A stretch of DNA of 64,000 bases from Planctomycetota bacterium (GTDB lineage Bacteria; Planctomycetota; MHYJ01; WSZJ01), in assembly GCA_038060895.1 (NCBI GenBank), contig JBBTCT010000024.1, forward strand, positions 64,001 through 128,000, given 5' to 3'. Both the position numbers and the translations under genes were made by a program. Positions 8,195-16,888 of the stretch are shown here, piece by piece. The first letter of the stretch is position 1. Every line of letters starts with the position of its first letter. The notes under the pieces are model-generated. The model ran no database searches. It saw only the letters and a program-made list of their open reading frames with translations, and was not told where the DNA came from.

Positions 8195-10960
8195 ATGCGA
8201 ATCCTGCTCACCCTGTCGCTGCTCGCCCTTCCCGCCATCGCCCAGGACCTCGCGGTTGACCGCAAGGCGCTGGCCGACTTCCTGGCGAAGAAGGGCCTGA
8301 AGCCGGAGAACTTCGGCTTCGATTTCGAGCACCTCGACTCGATGCCGCTGAACTACGTCGCCTCGCACTCGAACACGAAGTCAAAGGAAGGCCAGCTCGC
8401 GGTGTGGCGGCGGGTGCAGAATGTGCCGGTCGAGTTTCCTGCGGAGGTGCAGAAGATCTCGGGGCGGATTCTGCGGGACGAGATGTGGGAAGCGATTGCG
8501 GAAGCGATGGACCGCGAGCTGCCGCCACGAGAGGTGCCGCTTCCCAGTGAGCTCGAGGACCTGCGCGACGACCTGCGCAAGCCGGTGGGGACGATTCTCG
8601 CGGCGATGGAGAAGAAGGAGCCGGCGCTGATCTGGCGGGCGATTGTCGAAGCGCGGCCGGCGCTGGAGGAGTTCAAGGGCGAGGTGGACTATGCGAGGGA
8701 CGGCGTTGTCGTCACGAACGCCGCGACGCCGACGGACCCGGCCGCGAAGCTGACGATCCGCTTCGGCGGCGACGACAGGTACACGGGCCCGTGGGGCGGC
8801 GCGGACGGCGCGGTCGTGCGCGTCTTCATCGACGTCTCGGGGAACGACACGTACGAAGCGGGAGAAGAGGACATCGCGCAGGGCGCGGCGCAGAACGGCG
8901 GGATCGGATTTCACGCCGACTTCGCGGGGAACGACACGTATCGCACGGCGAAGTACGTCGCGCAGGGCGCCGGCATCGGCGGCACGGGCGTGCTGTGGGA
9001 CGCCGCGGGGAATGACACGTACGAAGCGGAAGGATTTGCGCAGGGCGCGGGGCAGGACGGCATCGGCGTCCTGGTGGACGACGCGGGAAACGACCGCTTC
9101 ACGCTCACCGGAAACGGCCAGGGCTACGCCGGCCCGGCCGCCTTCGGCCTGCTCCTCGACCGTGCCGGCGATGACGTCTATCACGCCCGCGACTCCGTTT
9201 TCGGCGACAAGGTCACCGTCCCCGCGCCGCAGGACGAGAAACACAACGCCTGCATGGCGCAGGGCGCCGCCTTCGGCCACAACGGCCAGCCCTTCCGCGC
9301 CGGCGGCGTCGCCCTTCTCCTCGACGTCGCGGGGGACGACCGCTACGAGGCCGGCTGCTGGGCCCAGGGCGTCGGCTACTTCCAGGCGGTCGGCGCTCTC
9401 ATCGACATCGCAGGCAACGATTCGTACGAAGCGTGGGTCTACGTGATGGGAAGCGGCGCGCACGGCGGCTTCGGCATTCAGCTCGACGCGCGCGGCGACG
9501 ACGTCTACAAGGTCGGCGGCTGGAACGGCCCCGCGATGTCGGTGGACTACGGCATCGGCTTCTTCCTCGACGGACGCGGAAACGACCAGTACCTCGGCGC
9601 CGCATCCGGCCTCGGCACGTCCATCGGCCTCGGCATCTCCCTGTTCCAGGACGGCGGCGGCGACGACGTCTACCAGCCCAAGGATGACCGCATCGGCTTC
9701 GGCATCCTCTACGAGAACGAGGACTACAACCAGGACGGTAAGGTCACCCCCGCGGAAAAACGGCACTGGGGAGTCTTCCTCGATCTTGCCGGCTCCGACC
9801 GCTATCCGAAGCCGCGCGCCAACAGCATGCGGTGGGATCCCGCGGAGTTCAGCGGAGGGATGGACGTCGCGGACGCGAAACCGGAGTTCACGCCGGGCAA
9901 AGCGCGTCTCTGGGACGGGACGGAAGTCGACGTTTCCGCCGAGAACTGGGAGGGCATCCAGCCGGTGGACCTGCTCAAGCTGCTCAAGGGAGACGCCGCA
10001 TCGAAGGCCGAATACGCGTTCTCGCACGGGCTGCGGCATGAGGGAAGCGATCTTCTCGCGCTTGTGGCGGACCCGAAGCCGCTTCTGCGCCGTCACTTCG
10101 ATTCCGTGGATCGCACGTACTCGAAGGACCTCCACCTTTGGGTGACGGCTGAGGAAGCGGCGTGGGCGCCGAAGGTCGCGGTGCTGGCGGCCGTGGAAGC
10201 GGCGCCTGCGGGTTGGCCGCGGTGGGTGAAGGAGTCGGTCGCCTGGCGCGCGAAGGCGGCCGCGTGGGGCCGGCGTGACGCGGCGCTGACGCGCGTGCGC
10301 GCGTGGACCGACAGCAAGGACGTCCAGGCGCTCCTCGCGCGAAAAAAAGAACTCGAGGCGCTCCGCACCGCCGCCCGCTCCGGACTGATCGCCGCGGACG
10401 TGAAGGCGGCGGAAGCGCCGATGAAGAAGCTCGCCGCGTACTGGACGACGCGCAAGACGCCTTCGGTCCCCTGCGGACTCAAGGGCGCCGCCGCGGATCT
10501 CAACGCCGCAGACCCGGGCTGGGAGAAGCGCTACCCGATCGCCGCGGCCAACGCGGGGCTCGAAGCGGTGACGCTCGAGAATTTTGCGCTGACCCTCGAA
10601 GAGCGCGCCCTGATTCTCCCGGCGCCGGATCTCGCGGCGCTCGGCTCGGCGGCGAAGGCGATCCTCTCCGCCATCAACAACGAGCGCCTGATGCTCGGCC
10701 GCCCGCCGCTAGTCCCCGACGACACGCTCATGAAGGTCGCGGCGGGCACGGCGAAGGGCGGCAAGGCCGCTGAAGGACTGCCGAATTACGAAGGAACCTC
10801 GGTGCCGTTCACGGCAAAAGGCAGCGGCCCCGCCGCCGCGCTCGACGACCTGCTGAAAAACCAGGTAAACCACAACACGCTTCTCGACGCGGAATGGAAA
10901 GTCGCCGGCGTCGGCGCGGGCGCGAACAACAACTACGTGGTGATCGTTGGAAAGAAGTAG
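8195..10960 (+). CDS. Large secreted protein with GxGxxxDxxGxDxY beta-roll-like repeats and a C-terminal CAP-like domain
   Basis: Signal peptide; about 11 DxxG(N/D)DxY repeats; C-terminal AINNERLMLG..NHNTLLDAEWKVAGVG. Confidence 0.8.
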   Translation: MRILLTLSLLALPAIAQDLAVDRKALADFLAKKGLKPENFGFDFEHLDSMPLNYVASHSNTKSKEGQLAVWRRVQNVPVEFPAEVQKISGRILRDEMWEAIAEAMDRELPPREVPLPSELEDLRDDLRKPVGTILAAMEKKEPALIWRAIVEARPALEEFKGEVDYARDGVVVTNAATPTDPAAKLTIRFGGDDRYTGPWGGADGAVVRVFIDVSGNDTYEAGEEDIAQGAAQNGGIGFHADFAGNDTYRTAKYVAQGAGIGGTGVLWDAAGNDTYEAEGFAQGAGQDGIGVLVDDAGNDRFTLTGNGQGYAGPAAFGLLLDRAGDDVYHARDSVFGDKVTVPAPQDEKHNACMAQGAAFGHNGQPFRAGGVALLLDVAGDDRYEAGCWAQGVGYFQAVGALIDIAGNDSYEAWVYVMGSGAHGGFGIQLDARGDDVYKVGGWNGPAMSVDYGIGFFLDGRGNDQYLGAASGLGTSIGLGISLFQDGGGDDVYQPKDDRIGFGILYENEDYNQDGKVTPAEKRHWGVFLDLAGSDRYPKPRANSMRWDPAEFSGGMDVADAKPEFTPGKARLWDGTEVDVSAENWEGIQPVDLLKLLKGDAASKAEYAFSHGLRHEGSDLLALVADPKPLLRRHFDSVDRTYSKDLHLWVTAEEAAWAPKVAVLAAVEAAPAGWPRWVKESVAWRAKAAAWGRRDAALTRVRAWTDSKDVQALLARKKELEALRTAARSGLIAADVKAAEAPMKKLAAYWTTRKTPSVPCGLKGAAADLNAADPGWEKRYPIAAANAGLEAVTLENFALTLEERALILPAPDLAALGSAAKAILSAINNERLMLGRPPLVPDDTLMKVAAGTAKGGKAAEGLPNYEGTSVPFTAKGSGPAAALDDLLKNQVNHNTLLDAEWKVAGVGAGANNNYVVIVGKK

Positions 10961-11019
10961 GGAGAGTTGAGGATTGAGTCGTGAGCAGGGAGTAGGGGGT
11001 AGTTGGTAGGGGGTAGGAA
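10958..11019. repeat. Degenerate G-rich heptamer array (single arm)
   Basis: TAGGGAG/CAGGGAG/TAGGGGG/TAGTTGG/TAGGGGG periodicity between convergent genes. Confidence 0.55.
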
Positions 11020-11044
11020 GGACACTGCGGTCGATCCGGGGTGG

Positions 11045-11560
11045 TTACTTCAGGGGCGCGCGCAGCTCCGGCTTGAGAAGTTCGCCCCATTTCGCGTCAT
11101 ACGGGTGCACCATGGACGCGGGCCCCTTCTCGTCCACGACTTGACGGCCCTCGTTTGCCCACGCGAAGATCGACCCCTCGAGATTCACCGCGTTCGTCCA
11201 GCCCGCCTTCTGCAGTTTCTCGACGTACTGGCTCGACCTGTAGCCGACCGAGCAGTAGACCACCACCGGCGCGTCCTTGGCGACTCCCGCCAGCGCTTCC
11301 TCCGGCTTCATCCCCGGCGGCACGTTCTTCGCCCCGGACAAGTGGCTCACCGCCCACTCCGCGGGCTCGCGCGCATCCAGCAGCACCGGCTTCGCGCGCT
11401 TCGGGTCCGCCAGCCACGCCGCAAGCTCGCCCGTGGCGAGCTGCTTCACGCCGGGAAACTTCACGCGGATCTCCTCTTCGGTCTTCGACAGATCCGGCGG
11501 AACGCCGTTCCCGCATCCGACGAGAACCGCCACGAGAGCGACTCGAATGGTGAGTTTCAT
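11045..11560 (-). CDS. Rhodanese-like domain lipoprotein
   Basis: Lipobox LVGC; LLDAREPAEWAVSHLSGA, VVVYCSVGYRS, NLEGSIFAW. Confidence 0.9.
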   Translation of the reverse strand: MKLTIRVALVAVLVGCGNGVPPDLSKTEEEIRVKFPGVKQLATGELAAWLADPKRAKPVLLDAREPAEWAVSHLSGAKNVPPGMKPEEALAGVAKDAPVVVYCSVGYRSSQYVEKLQKAGWTNAVNLEGSIFAWANEGRQVVDEKGPASMVHPYDAKWGELLKPELRAPLK

Positions 11561-11568
11561 CGGCGCTT

Positions 11569-12414
11569 CTACCACCCCGGCTTCTTCCCGGGCTGCCGCG
11601 GTCCCTCGGCATCCCCCGGCTTCGATCTCATCAGCGCCTGGATCGACGCCCGCTCCGCGTCCATGCGCTTCTCTTCCTCCGTCTTTTCGCGCATGCCCGG
11701 CGACGGCCGTTTCGCGACGTATTCGAGCACTTTCAGCGCGGTGTCGGGGACGTTCGTGACGAATTCGTCGATGCCGAGGACGGCGAGGCGTTCGATATCG
11801 GAGGCGTTGTCAACGGTCCACGCGCAGACCTTGAGGCCGCGGGCGCGGGCGTCGGTGAGGAGTTCGGCGGTGACGTAGGTGTGGTGGGGGTGAAGAGCGT
11901 CAGCGCCGGCGTCGATGGCGAGCTGGGTGTTCTGGACGGGGGATGCGGAGTAGAGGACGCCGGTTTCGAGGTCGGGGCAGATGGATTTCACCTGCTGGAC
12001 GGCGCGGTGCCAGAAGGAGGAGATGCGAGCTCGGCCGACGAAGTTCTTTTTCACGAGGAGGTCGACGGCGGCCTTGAGCGCCAGCGAGGCCTTGACCTCA
12101 ACATGAAGGAAGACGCCTGCGGGCGCGGCCCATTCGAGGACTTCATCGAGGGAAGGGGGGTGGTGGCCGCCCGCGATTTTCAGGCGCTGGATATCTTCGA
12201 GGGTGATGTCGGCGACGCGGCCGGCGCCGTTGGTGGTGCGGTCCACCGTTTCGTCGTGCAGAACGGCGAGGCGGCCATCCGCCGTCAGATGAACATCCAG
12301 CTCCACCGCGGTGGCGCCGAGTTCGAGCGCTTTCGCGAAGGAAGCGAGAGTGTTCTCGGGAGCGAGGTGAGGAACTCCGCGGTGGGCGACGACTCGCAGC
12401 GTTGGCATCGGCAT
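11569..12414 (-). CDS. Glycerophosphodiester phosphodiesterase
   Basis: VAHRG..PENTLASF..ELDVHLTADG..HDETVDRTTNG..VEVK..WTVD. Confidence 0.93.
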   Translation of the reverse strand: MPMPTLRVVAHRGVPHLAPENTLASFAKALELGATAVELDVHLTADGRLAVLHDETVDRTTNGAGRVADITLEDIQRLKIAGGHHPPSLDEVLEWAAPAGVFLHVEVKASLALKAAVDLLVKKNFVGRARISSFWHRAVQQVKSICPDLETGVLYSASPVQNTQLAIDAGADALHPHHTYVTAELLTDARARGLKVCAWTVDNASDIERLAVLGIDEFVTNVPDTALKVLEYVAKRPSPGMREKTEEEKRMDAERASIQALMRSKPGDAEGPRQPGKKPGW

Positions 12415-12428
12415 GATGGGCCAAGGAT

Positions 12429-12511
12429 AAATCCCAAATCCCAACTCCAACCCCAAATCCCAATCACGGCGACGAAACGCGGGCCTTGGAATTTGGAGTT
12501 GGAGTTGGGAT
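12429..12511. repeat. Inverted CCAAATC/CCAACT short-period array
   Basis: AAATCCCAAATCCCAACTCCAACCCCAAATCCCAA ... TTGGAATTTGGAGTTGGAGTTGGGAT; same family as 15137..15250. Confidence 0.8.
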
Positions 12512-12576
12512 CCGCCTTCGCCCTTCGGGCTTCGGCGGACAGGTTTTGGAGTTGCCGCCCGCAGGGCGGCTCAGCC

Positions 12577-13605
12577 CTACCCGCCGTTCTCACGCACAAA
12601 CTTCTCATACAACGCAACGTCCGCTTTCGGCCCGATGCACAACGGCGTGCGGTCATGCAGTCCTTTCGGCTGCAAATCCAGAATCCGGTGCCTTCCGTCG
12701 CTCGCCGCTCCCCCCGCCTGCTCCGCGATGTACGCCAGCGGCGCCGCTTCGTACAGCAGCCGCAATTTACCCTGCGGCTTCTTCGGATCTTTCCGGTCCG
12801 ACGGGTACAGGAACACGCCGCCCGCGAGCAGATTGCGGTGAAAATCGCTCACCAGCGTCCCGATGTAACGCGACGAATACGGCCGCCCGCTCGCCTTGTC
12901 CGGAGTCTTGAGGTGCTCGATGAACTGCCGGTCCGCTTCCCCCCAGTACGCACGGTTTCCCTCGTTCGCGCTGTAGTACTTGCCGCGCTCCGGCATCCGG
13001 ATGTCCTCGTGGCTGAGGCAGAACTCGCCGATCGACGGGTCGAGGGTGAAGCCGGCGACGCCGCTGGCGGTCGAGTAGACGAGGACGGTCGAAGGGCCGT
13101 AAAGGACGTACCCGGCGCAGACGAGGTTGTTGCCGACCTGGAGGGCGTCTTCGAGCGTGCCGGGGCCGTGGGCGGTCTTGCGCCGGTGGATCGCGAAGAT
13201 CGTCCCGATGGAAACGTTGGCGTCGATGTTCGAGCTCCCGTCGAGCGGGTCGAACAGGAGCACGTACTTTCCGTTCGGGAACTGCGGCGGGATCGGGATC
13301 AGCTCCGCTTCCTCCTCGCTCGCCATGCAGCACAGGTGCCCGCCGTGGTCCATCGCCTTGTAGATCCGGTCCTGCGCGAACGCGTCCAGCTTCATCACCG
13401 CTTCGCCCTGCACGTTTTCATGCCCCGCGTCGCCGAGGATCTCCGCGATGCCGGCCTTGTTGACCTCGCGCGAGATGATCTTCACCGCCACCATCAGGTC
13501 CATCAGCATCGCAGTGAATTCGCCGGTCGCGAACGGGAAGCGCGCCTGCTGTTCGAGCATGTGGCGCTGGAGGGTGACAAGCTTGTGGGGCATGGGGGTG
13601 GGCAT
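12577..13605 (-). CDS. fbp: Fructose-1,6-bisphosphatase class 1
   Basis: [52 protein letters not shown]; start at 13605 or 13593. Confidence 0.96.
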   Translation of the reverse strand: MPTPMPHKLVTLQRHMLEQQARFPFATGEFTAMLMDLMVAVKIISREVNKAGIAEILGDAGHENVQGEAVMKLDAFAQDRIYKAMDHGGHLCCMASEEEAELIPIPPQFPNGKYVLLFDPLDGSSNIDANVSIGTIFAIHRRKTAHGPGTLEDALQVGNNLVCAGYVLYGPSTVLVYSTASGVAGFTLDPSIGEFCLSHEDIRMPERGKYYSANEGNRAYWGEADRQFIEHLKTPDKASGRPYSSRYIGTLVSDFHRNLLAGGVFLYPSDRKDPKKPQGKLRLLYEAAPLAYIAEQAGGAASDGRHRILDLQPKGLHDRTPLCIGPKADVALYEKFVRENGG

Positions 13606-13633
13606 GAGGCGGTCTCCGGGGGCGGAAGGAAGA

Positions 13634-13784
13634 GCAACAACGAAACTAAAAGCGAAAAACGAAAAACGAAAAACGAAAATTGAAACGGCCGGGGAGTGAA
13701 TCCCCGGCCGCGTAGTCGATACCCCTTGCAAACTGTCGATTTCGTTTTTTGTTTTTCGTTTTTCGGTTTTCGTTTCGTTGTTGC
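13634..13784. repeat. Inverted CGAAAAA/TTTTTCG heptamer array
   Basis: GCAACAACGAAAC..(CGAAAAA)n ... (TTTTTCG)n..GTTTCGTTGTTGC, with an internal hairpin at 13686-13710. Confidence 0.88.
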
Positions 13785-13792
13785 CGTTGCCC

Positions 13793-15013
13793 CTACTTCT
13801 CTTCCTCCCCATGCCCCCCCTCAGGCCACCTGTAGTAAACCTCCAGCGTCAAAACTCCCATCACCGTCGAGAAGATCCTCCCCCCGTCGCACCCCCACCG
13901 GTCCACCGCCGGATCCCAGCTCCCCGCGTCGCATCCCTTGCCGCTCTTCTGCGAGCCGGCGACCGCGGTCTTCATCGTCTTGTTCCACGCCTTCCAGTAC
14001 TTCGTCTCCGGCCCGTGACACTCCCACAGCGCCTGGGTCCCGTAGTACCAGTAGTATGAATCCACTTTCGCCGGCACTTCCTTGATCGGCAGGTCGCACA
14101 CCAGCAGCTTCGCCGCGTTGTCGAGCGTGCGCGAGCCGGGCTTTGCCCCCGCGTACAGCCGGGCGAGCATTCCCGCTGCCGTCAGCGTCTCGTGGTGCTC
14201 CCAGTCTTCGTTCTTCCCCATGATGATCACCTTGCCCGTACCCTTCGCCGTGTACCCCACCCGGCCGTACTCCTGGTCCGTCACCCGCTTCACCCAGGCC
14301 AGCGCCCCCTTGACGCCCTCTTCGTCAACTTCAAGCCCGCCCGCGACGGCTGCATGAAGCGCGTGGACGCACCAGCTCGTTACGGAAGTGTCGTTGTCGC
14401 CGCACTTCGGCGAGTACCGCCACGCGCCCTCGGGATTTCGCGCGGCCAGGAGGAAGTCCACGCCGGCGATGGCCGACGCCTTCCAGCCCGCGTCTTTCGT
14501 CAGGCCGTAGAGTTCGCACATCGCCGCGGTCGCGACAGCGTGGTTGTACATGACCTTGCTCACGTTCCGCGGCCCGAACGAACCGTCCTGGTTCTGTTTC
14601 TTCTCGAGCCATACGGCGCCGCGCTTCACGACCTCCCCCGGCTTCACGTTGCGGTTGGTCGAAGGGTCGTTCCAGGTCTCGGCAAAATCGGGACCGATGC
14701 CCGCGCCGACGAAGGCGAGGAGCGCGAGCCCGGTCTCGCCGGTGTCGAATTCGTCGAGCCCTTCGCCGGTGCAGTCGGCGTCGAGGCACTCGGCGGAGAA
14801 TTTCGAAGCGCGCCAGGAGCCGTCGTTGGCCTGGTGCCGGGCGAGCCAGAGCAGGCCGGCCTTGACCGCGGCTTCGGTGTCGTCGTCTCCGCCGCCGGCC
14901 TTCACGCGGTCGGTCCTGTCGCCGACACGGTGTTTCAGGGCAGGGGCAGGATCATCCGCGAGGGCGGGAAGGGCGAGGAGAGAAGCGGCGAGGACGGTTG
15001 AGAAGCGAAGCAT
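13793..15013 (-). CDS. Secreted prenyltransferase/squalene-oxidase repeat protein
   Basis: [57 protein letters not shown] (QW repeats). Confidence 0.85.
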   Translation of the reverse strand: MLRFSTVLAASLLALPALADDPAPALKHRVGDRTDRVKAGGGDDDTEAAVKAGLLWLARHQANDGSWRASKFSAECLDADCTGEGLDEFDTGETGLALLAFVGAGIGPDFAETWNDPSTNRNVKPGEVVKRGAVWLEKKQNQDGSFGPRNVSKVMYNHAVATAAMCELYGLTKDAGWKASAIAGVDFLLAARNPEGAWRYSPKCGDNDTSVTSWCVHALHAAVAGGLEVDEEGVKGALAWVKRVTDQEYGRVGYTAKGTGKVIIMGKNEDWEHHETLTAAGMLARLYAGAKPGSRTLDNAAKLLVCDLPIKEVPAKVDSYYWYYGTQALWECHGPETKYWKAWNKTMKTAVAGSQKSGKGCDAGSWDPAVDRWGCDGGRIFSTVMGVLTLEVYYRWPEGGHGEEEK

Positions 15014-15136
15014 GCGACCTCCTGAGGTAGAGGTGAAGTCCCCCCCGGGACTGGAAGCGGGGCCCGTTGACGGAGCGGGGGCCGGGAATGAGAACGGGAG
15101 AGCCGCGGCGGGGTTCGGAAAAAATGCCAGGACTCA

Positions 15137-15250
15137 CTCCAAATCCCGACTCCAACACCAAATCCCAAGGCGGGCCCGCTGCGCTCGCCGGTCGACGGCG
15201 GAGCGAAGCGACGCCTCCTTGGGATTTGGTGTTGGAGTCGGAATCTGGAG
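15137..15250. repeat. 34-bp inverted repeat of the CCAAATC/CCAAC family
   Basis: Arms 15137-15170 and 15217-15250, two mismatches. Confidence 0.88.
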
Positions 15251-15350
15251 CCAGTCCATGCATTTTTCGCCCCGTCCTTTTTCGCCTTGATCCCCGCGCC
15301 TCATAGGTCTACCCTGTTTCTCAAGGGGGCCCGAGGAGGTCAATTCATCC

Positions 15351-16379
15351 ATGCGTATCCTTCTCTCAGCAGCATTCATCGCGGCCGCAGCGGCCGCCGC
15401 TTCGGCCGATACCGTCTGGCTCAAGAACGGCGGCAAGCTCGAGGGCGTCACGACGTCGATGGAAGGCGACAAGCTGGTCGTCAAGATGCCCAGCGGCGTC
15501 ATCAAGCTCGACAAGGACCAGATCGAGAAAATCGTCCACCGTGCGACCGCGATGGAGGAGTACGAGCTCGCGGCCGCGAAGCTGAAGAAAGACGATGCGA
15601 AGGGCCACGCCGAGCTCGCGAACTGGTGCGCCGACAAGGGCCTGACGCACTTTGAGCGCGAAGAACTCGAGGCGGTGATCGCGGCCGATCCGGACAATGC
15701 GGACGCTCGCAAGCGCCTGAACTACGAGAAAGTCGGCGGCAAGTGGCTGCGCGGCGAAGAGTTGCTGAAGGCCCGCGGGATGGTGAAGATCGACTGCAAG
15801 TGGATGTCGAAGGAAGTCGCCGCGGCGGATGCGGCCGCGAAGGAAAAGAAGAAACTCGAGCGGCAGTTGGCCGAGGCGGAGAAGAAGGCGAAGCGCGAGG
15901 CGGCGGAGTCCGAGGACGACCGGCTGCGCGCCTTCTATGAATCACAGGAGCGCGTGCAGCGTCGCATGCAGGATCGTGACAATTCGTTCGACCATCGCCG
16001 GTCGTCGGGCGACTACTCGCGCCGGTATTACAACGGGTACCGCGGCGGGTCGTTCTGGGCCGGGACGGTCGGGTACTACCCGTACGGGTATTACTACTCC
16101 CCGGGGTACTACTATCCGGGCCACTACCATTCCTCCGCGGGCATTTATTACTCGCACGGCAACTATTCGTTCTCATTCGGCACGAGCCATTACGGCGGCG
16201 GGTACTACGGGGGTGGGTACTACGGAGGCGGGTATTACCCCGGCACGTCCGGCGGCTACTCTTACGGATCGCAGTACCAGGGCGCGGGCTCGAATTCGTT
16301 CGGCCCCGTCGGGCCGGGCGGCAACAGTTCGGGGAATTTCAGCGACGGCGGCCCGCCGCAAGTCGGCGGATCGAGGTAG
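15351..16379 (+). CDS. Secreted protein with planctomycete-type N-terminal module and Tyr/Gly-rich tail
   Basis: GAGGAGG RBS, signal peptide, DTVWLKNGGKLEG..DDAKGH..LANWC..DPDNADAR..L; YG-rich C-terminus. Confidence 0.8.
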   Translation: MRILLSAAFIAAAAAAASADTVWLKNGGKLEGVTTSMEGDKLVVKMPSGVIKLDKDQIEKIVHRATAMEEYELAAAKLKKDDAKGHAELANWCADKGLTHFEREELEAVIAADPDNADARKRLNYEKVGGKWLRGEELLKARGMVKIDCKWMSKEVAAADAAAKEKKKLERQLAEAEKKAKREAAESEDDRLRAFYESQERVQRRMQDRDNSFDHRRSSGDYSRRYYNGYRGGSFWAGTVGYYPYGYYYSPGYYYPGHYHSSAGIYYSHGNYSFSFGTSHYGGGYYGGGYYGGGYYPGTSGGYSYGSQYQGAGSNSFGPVGPGGNSSGNFSDGGPPQVGGSR

Positions 16380-16396
16380 CTCCATCTGGCTATCGA

Positions 16397-16431
16397 AAGG
16401 GCCGCCGGTTTCCGGCGGCCCTTCTTGTTTT
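16397..16431 (+). terminator. Intrinsic terminator
   Basis: AAGGGCCGCCGG-ttt-CCGGCGGCCCTT then CTTGTTTT, between convergent genes. Confidence 0.8.
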
Positions 16432-16439
16432 GAGCGCTT

Positions 16440-16691
16440 CTACCGGAACAGTCGCGGGATCAACTGCACCCCCGCCATGAGCGCGCACACGACGAGCGCC
16501 AGCGCCGCAGCAATCCACATCCAGGCAGGCCAGCCCGCCCGCGGCGCATCTTCCGCCGACGGGTAATTCCCGCACGCCGGACACCGCTCCGCATCGTCGT
16601 AGATGTCGGCGCGGCAGTGGGGACAAGGCGCGGTCGTGCCGCTGTCGCTCGAATCCTCGCCCTCCGATCCGTCCTCGTCATCCCATGCCAT
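16440..16691 (-). CDS. Small zinc-ribbon membrane protein
   Basis: Acidic N-terminus, CPHC..IYDDAERCPACG, C-terminal TM helix. Confidence 0.8.
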   Translation of the reverse strand: MAWDDEDGSEGEDSSDSGTTAPCPHCRADIYDDAERCPACGNYPSAEDAPRAGWPAWMWIAAALALVVCALMAGVQLIPRLFR

Positions 16692-16779
16692 CCCGGGACT
16701 TTAAGAGAGCGAGAGGGATCCGTCGCGGGTCAGCCAGCGTAGGCCGGCGAGTCCCGGTATCCAAGGGCCGTTTTCCAGG

Positions 16780-16887
16780 GCGCGAGAAAAATCCTGCGGG
16801 TCGGGCGGAGTCGGCCCGCTCAACCGGGACCCTGCAATTCACCCTCACCGGGCCGACGCAGCCTGACCCGCAGGATTTTTCTCGCGC
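16780..16887. repeat. Long hairpin element, copy 2 (reverse orientation to copy 1)
   Basis: 23-bp perfect outer IR (16780-16802 / 16865-16887); inner stem blocks identical to 6787..6912. Confidence 0.85.
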
Positions 16888-16888
16888 T

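Noticed and set aside
8381-10135. Long antisense ORFs (also 11881..13683, 49898..52381, 57883..59745, 27740..29383)
   Set aside because: Shadow ORFs of high-GC genes; they have no motifs and lie opposite well-supported CDSs.
12512-12543. CCGCCTTCGCCCTTCGGGCTTCGGCGGACAGG REP-like hairpin
   Set aside because: Only one copy was seen in the window, so a repeat family cannot be supported here.
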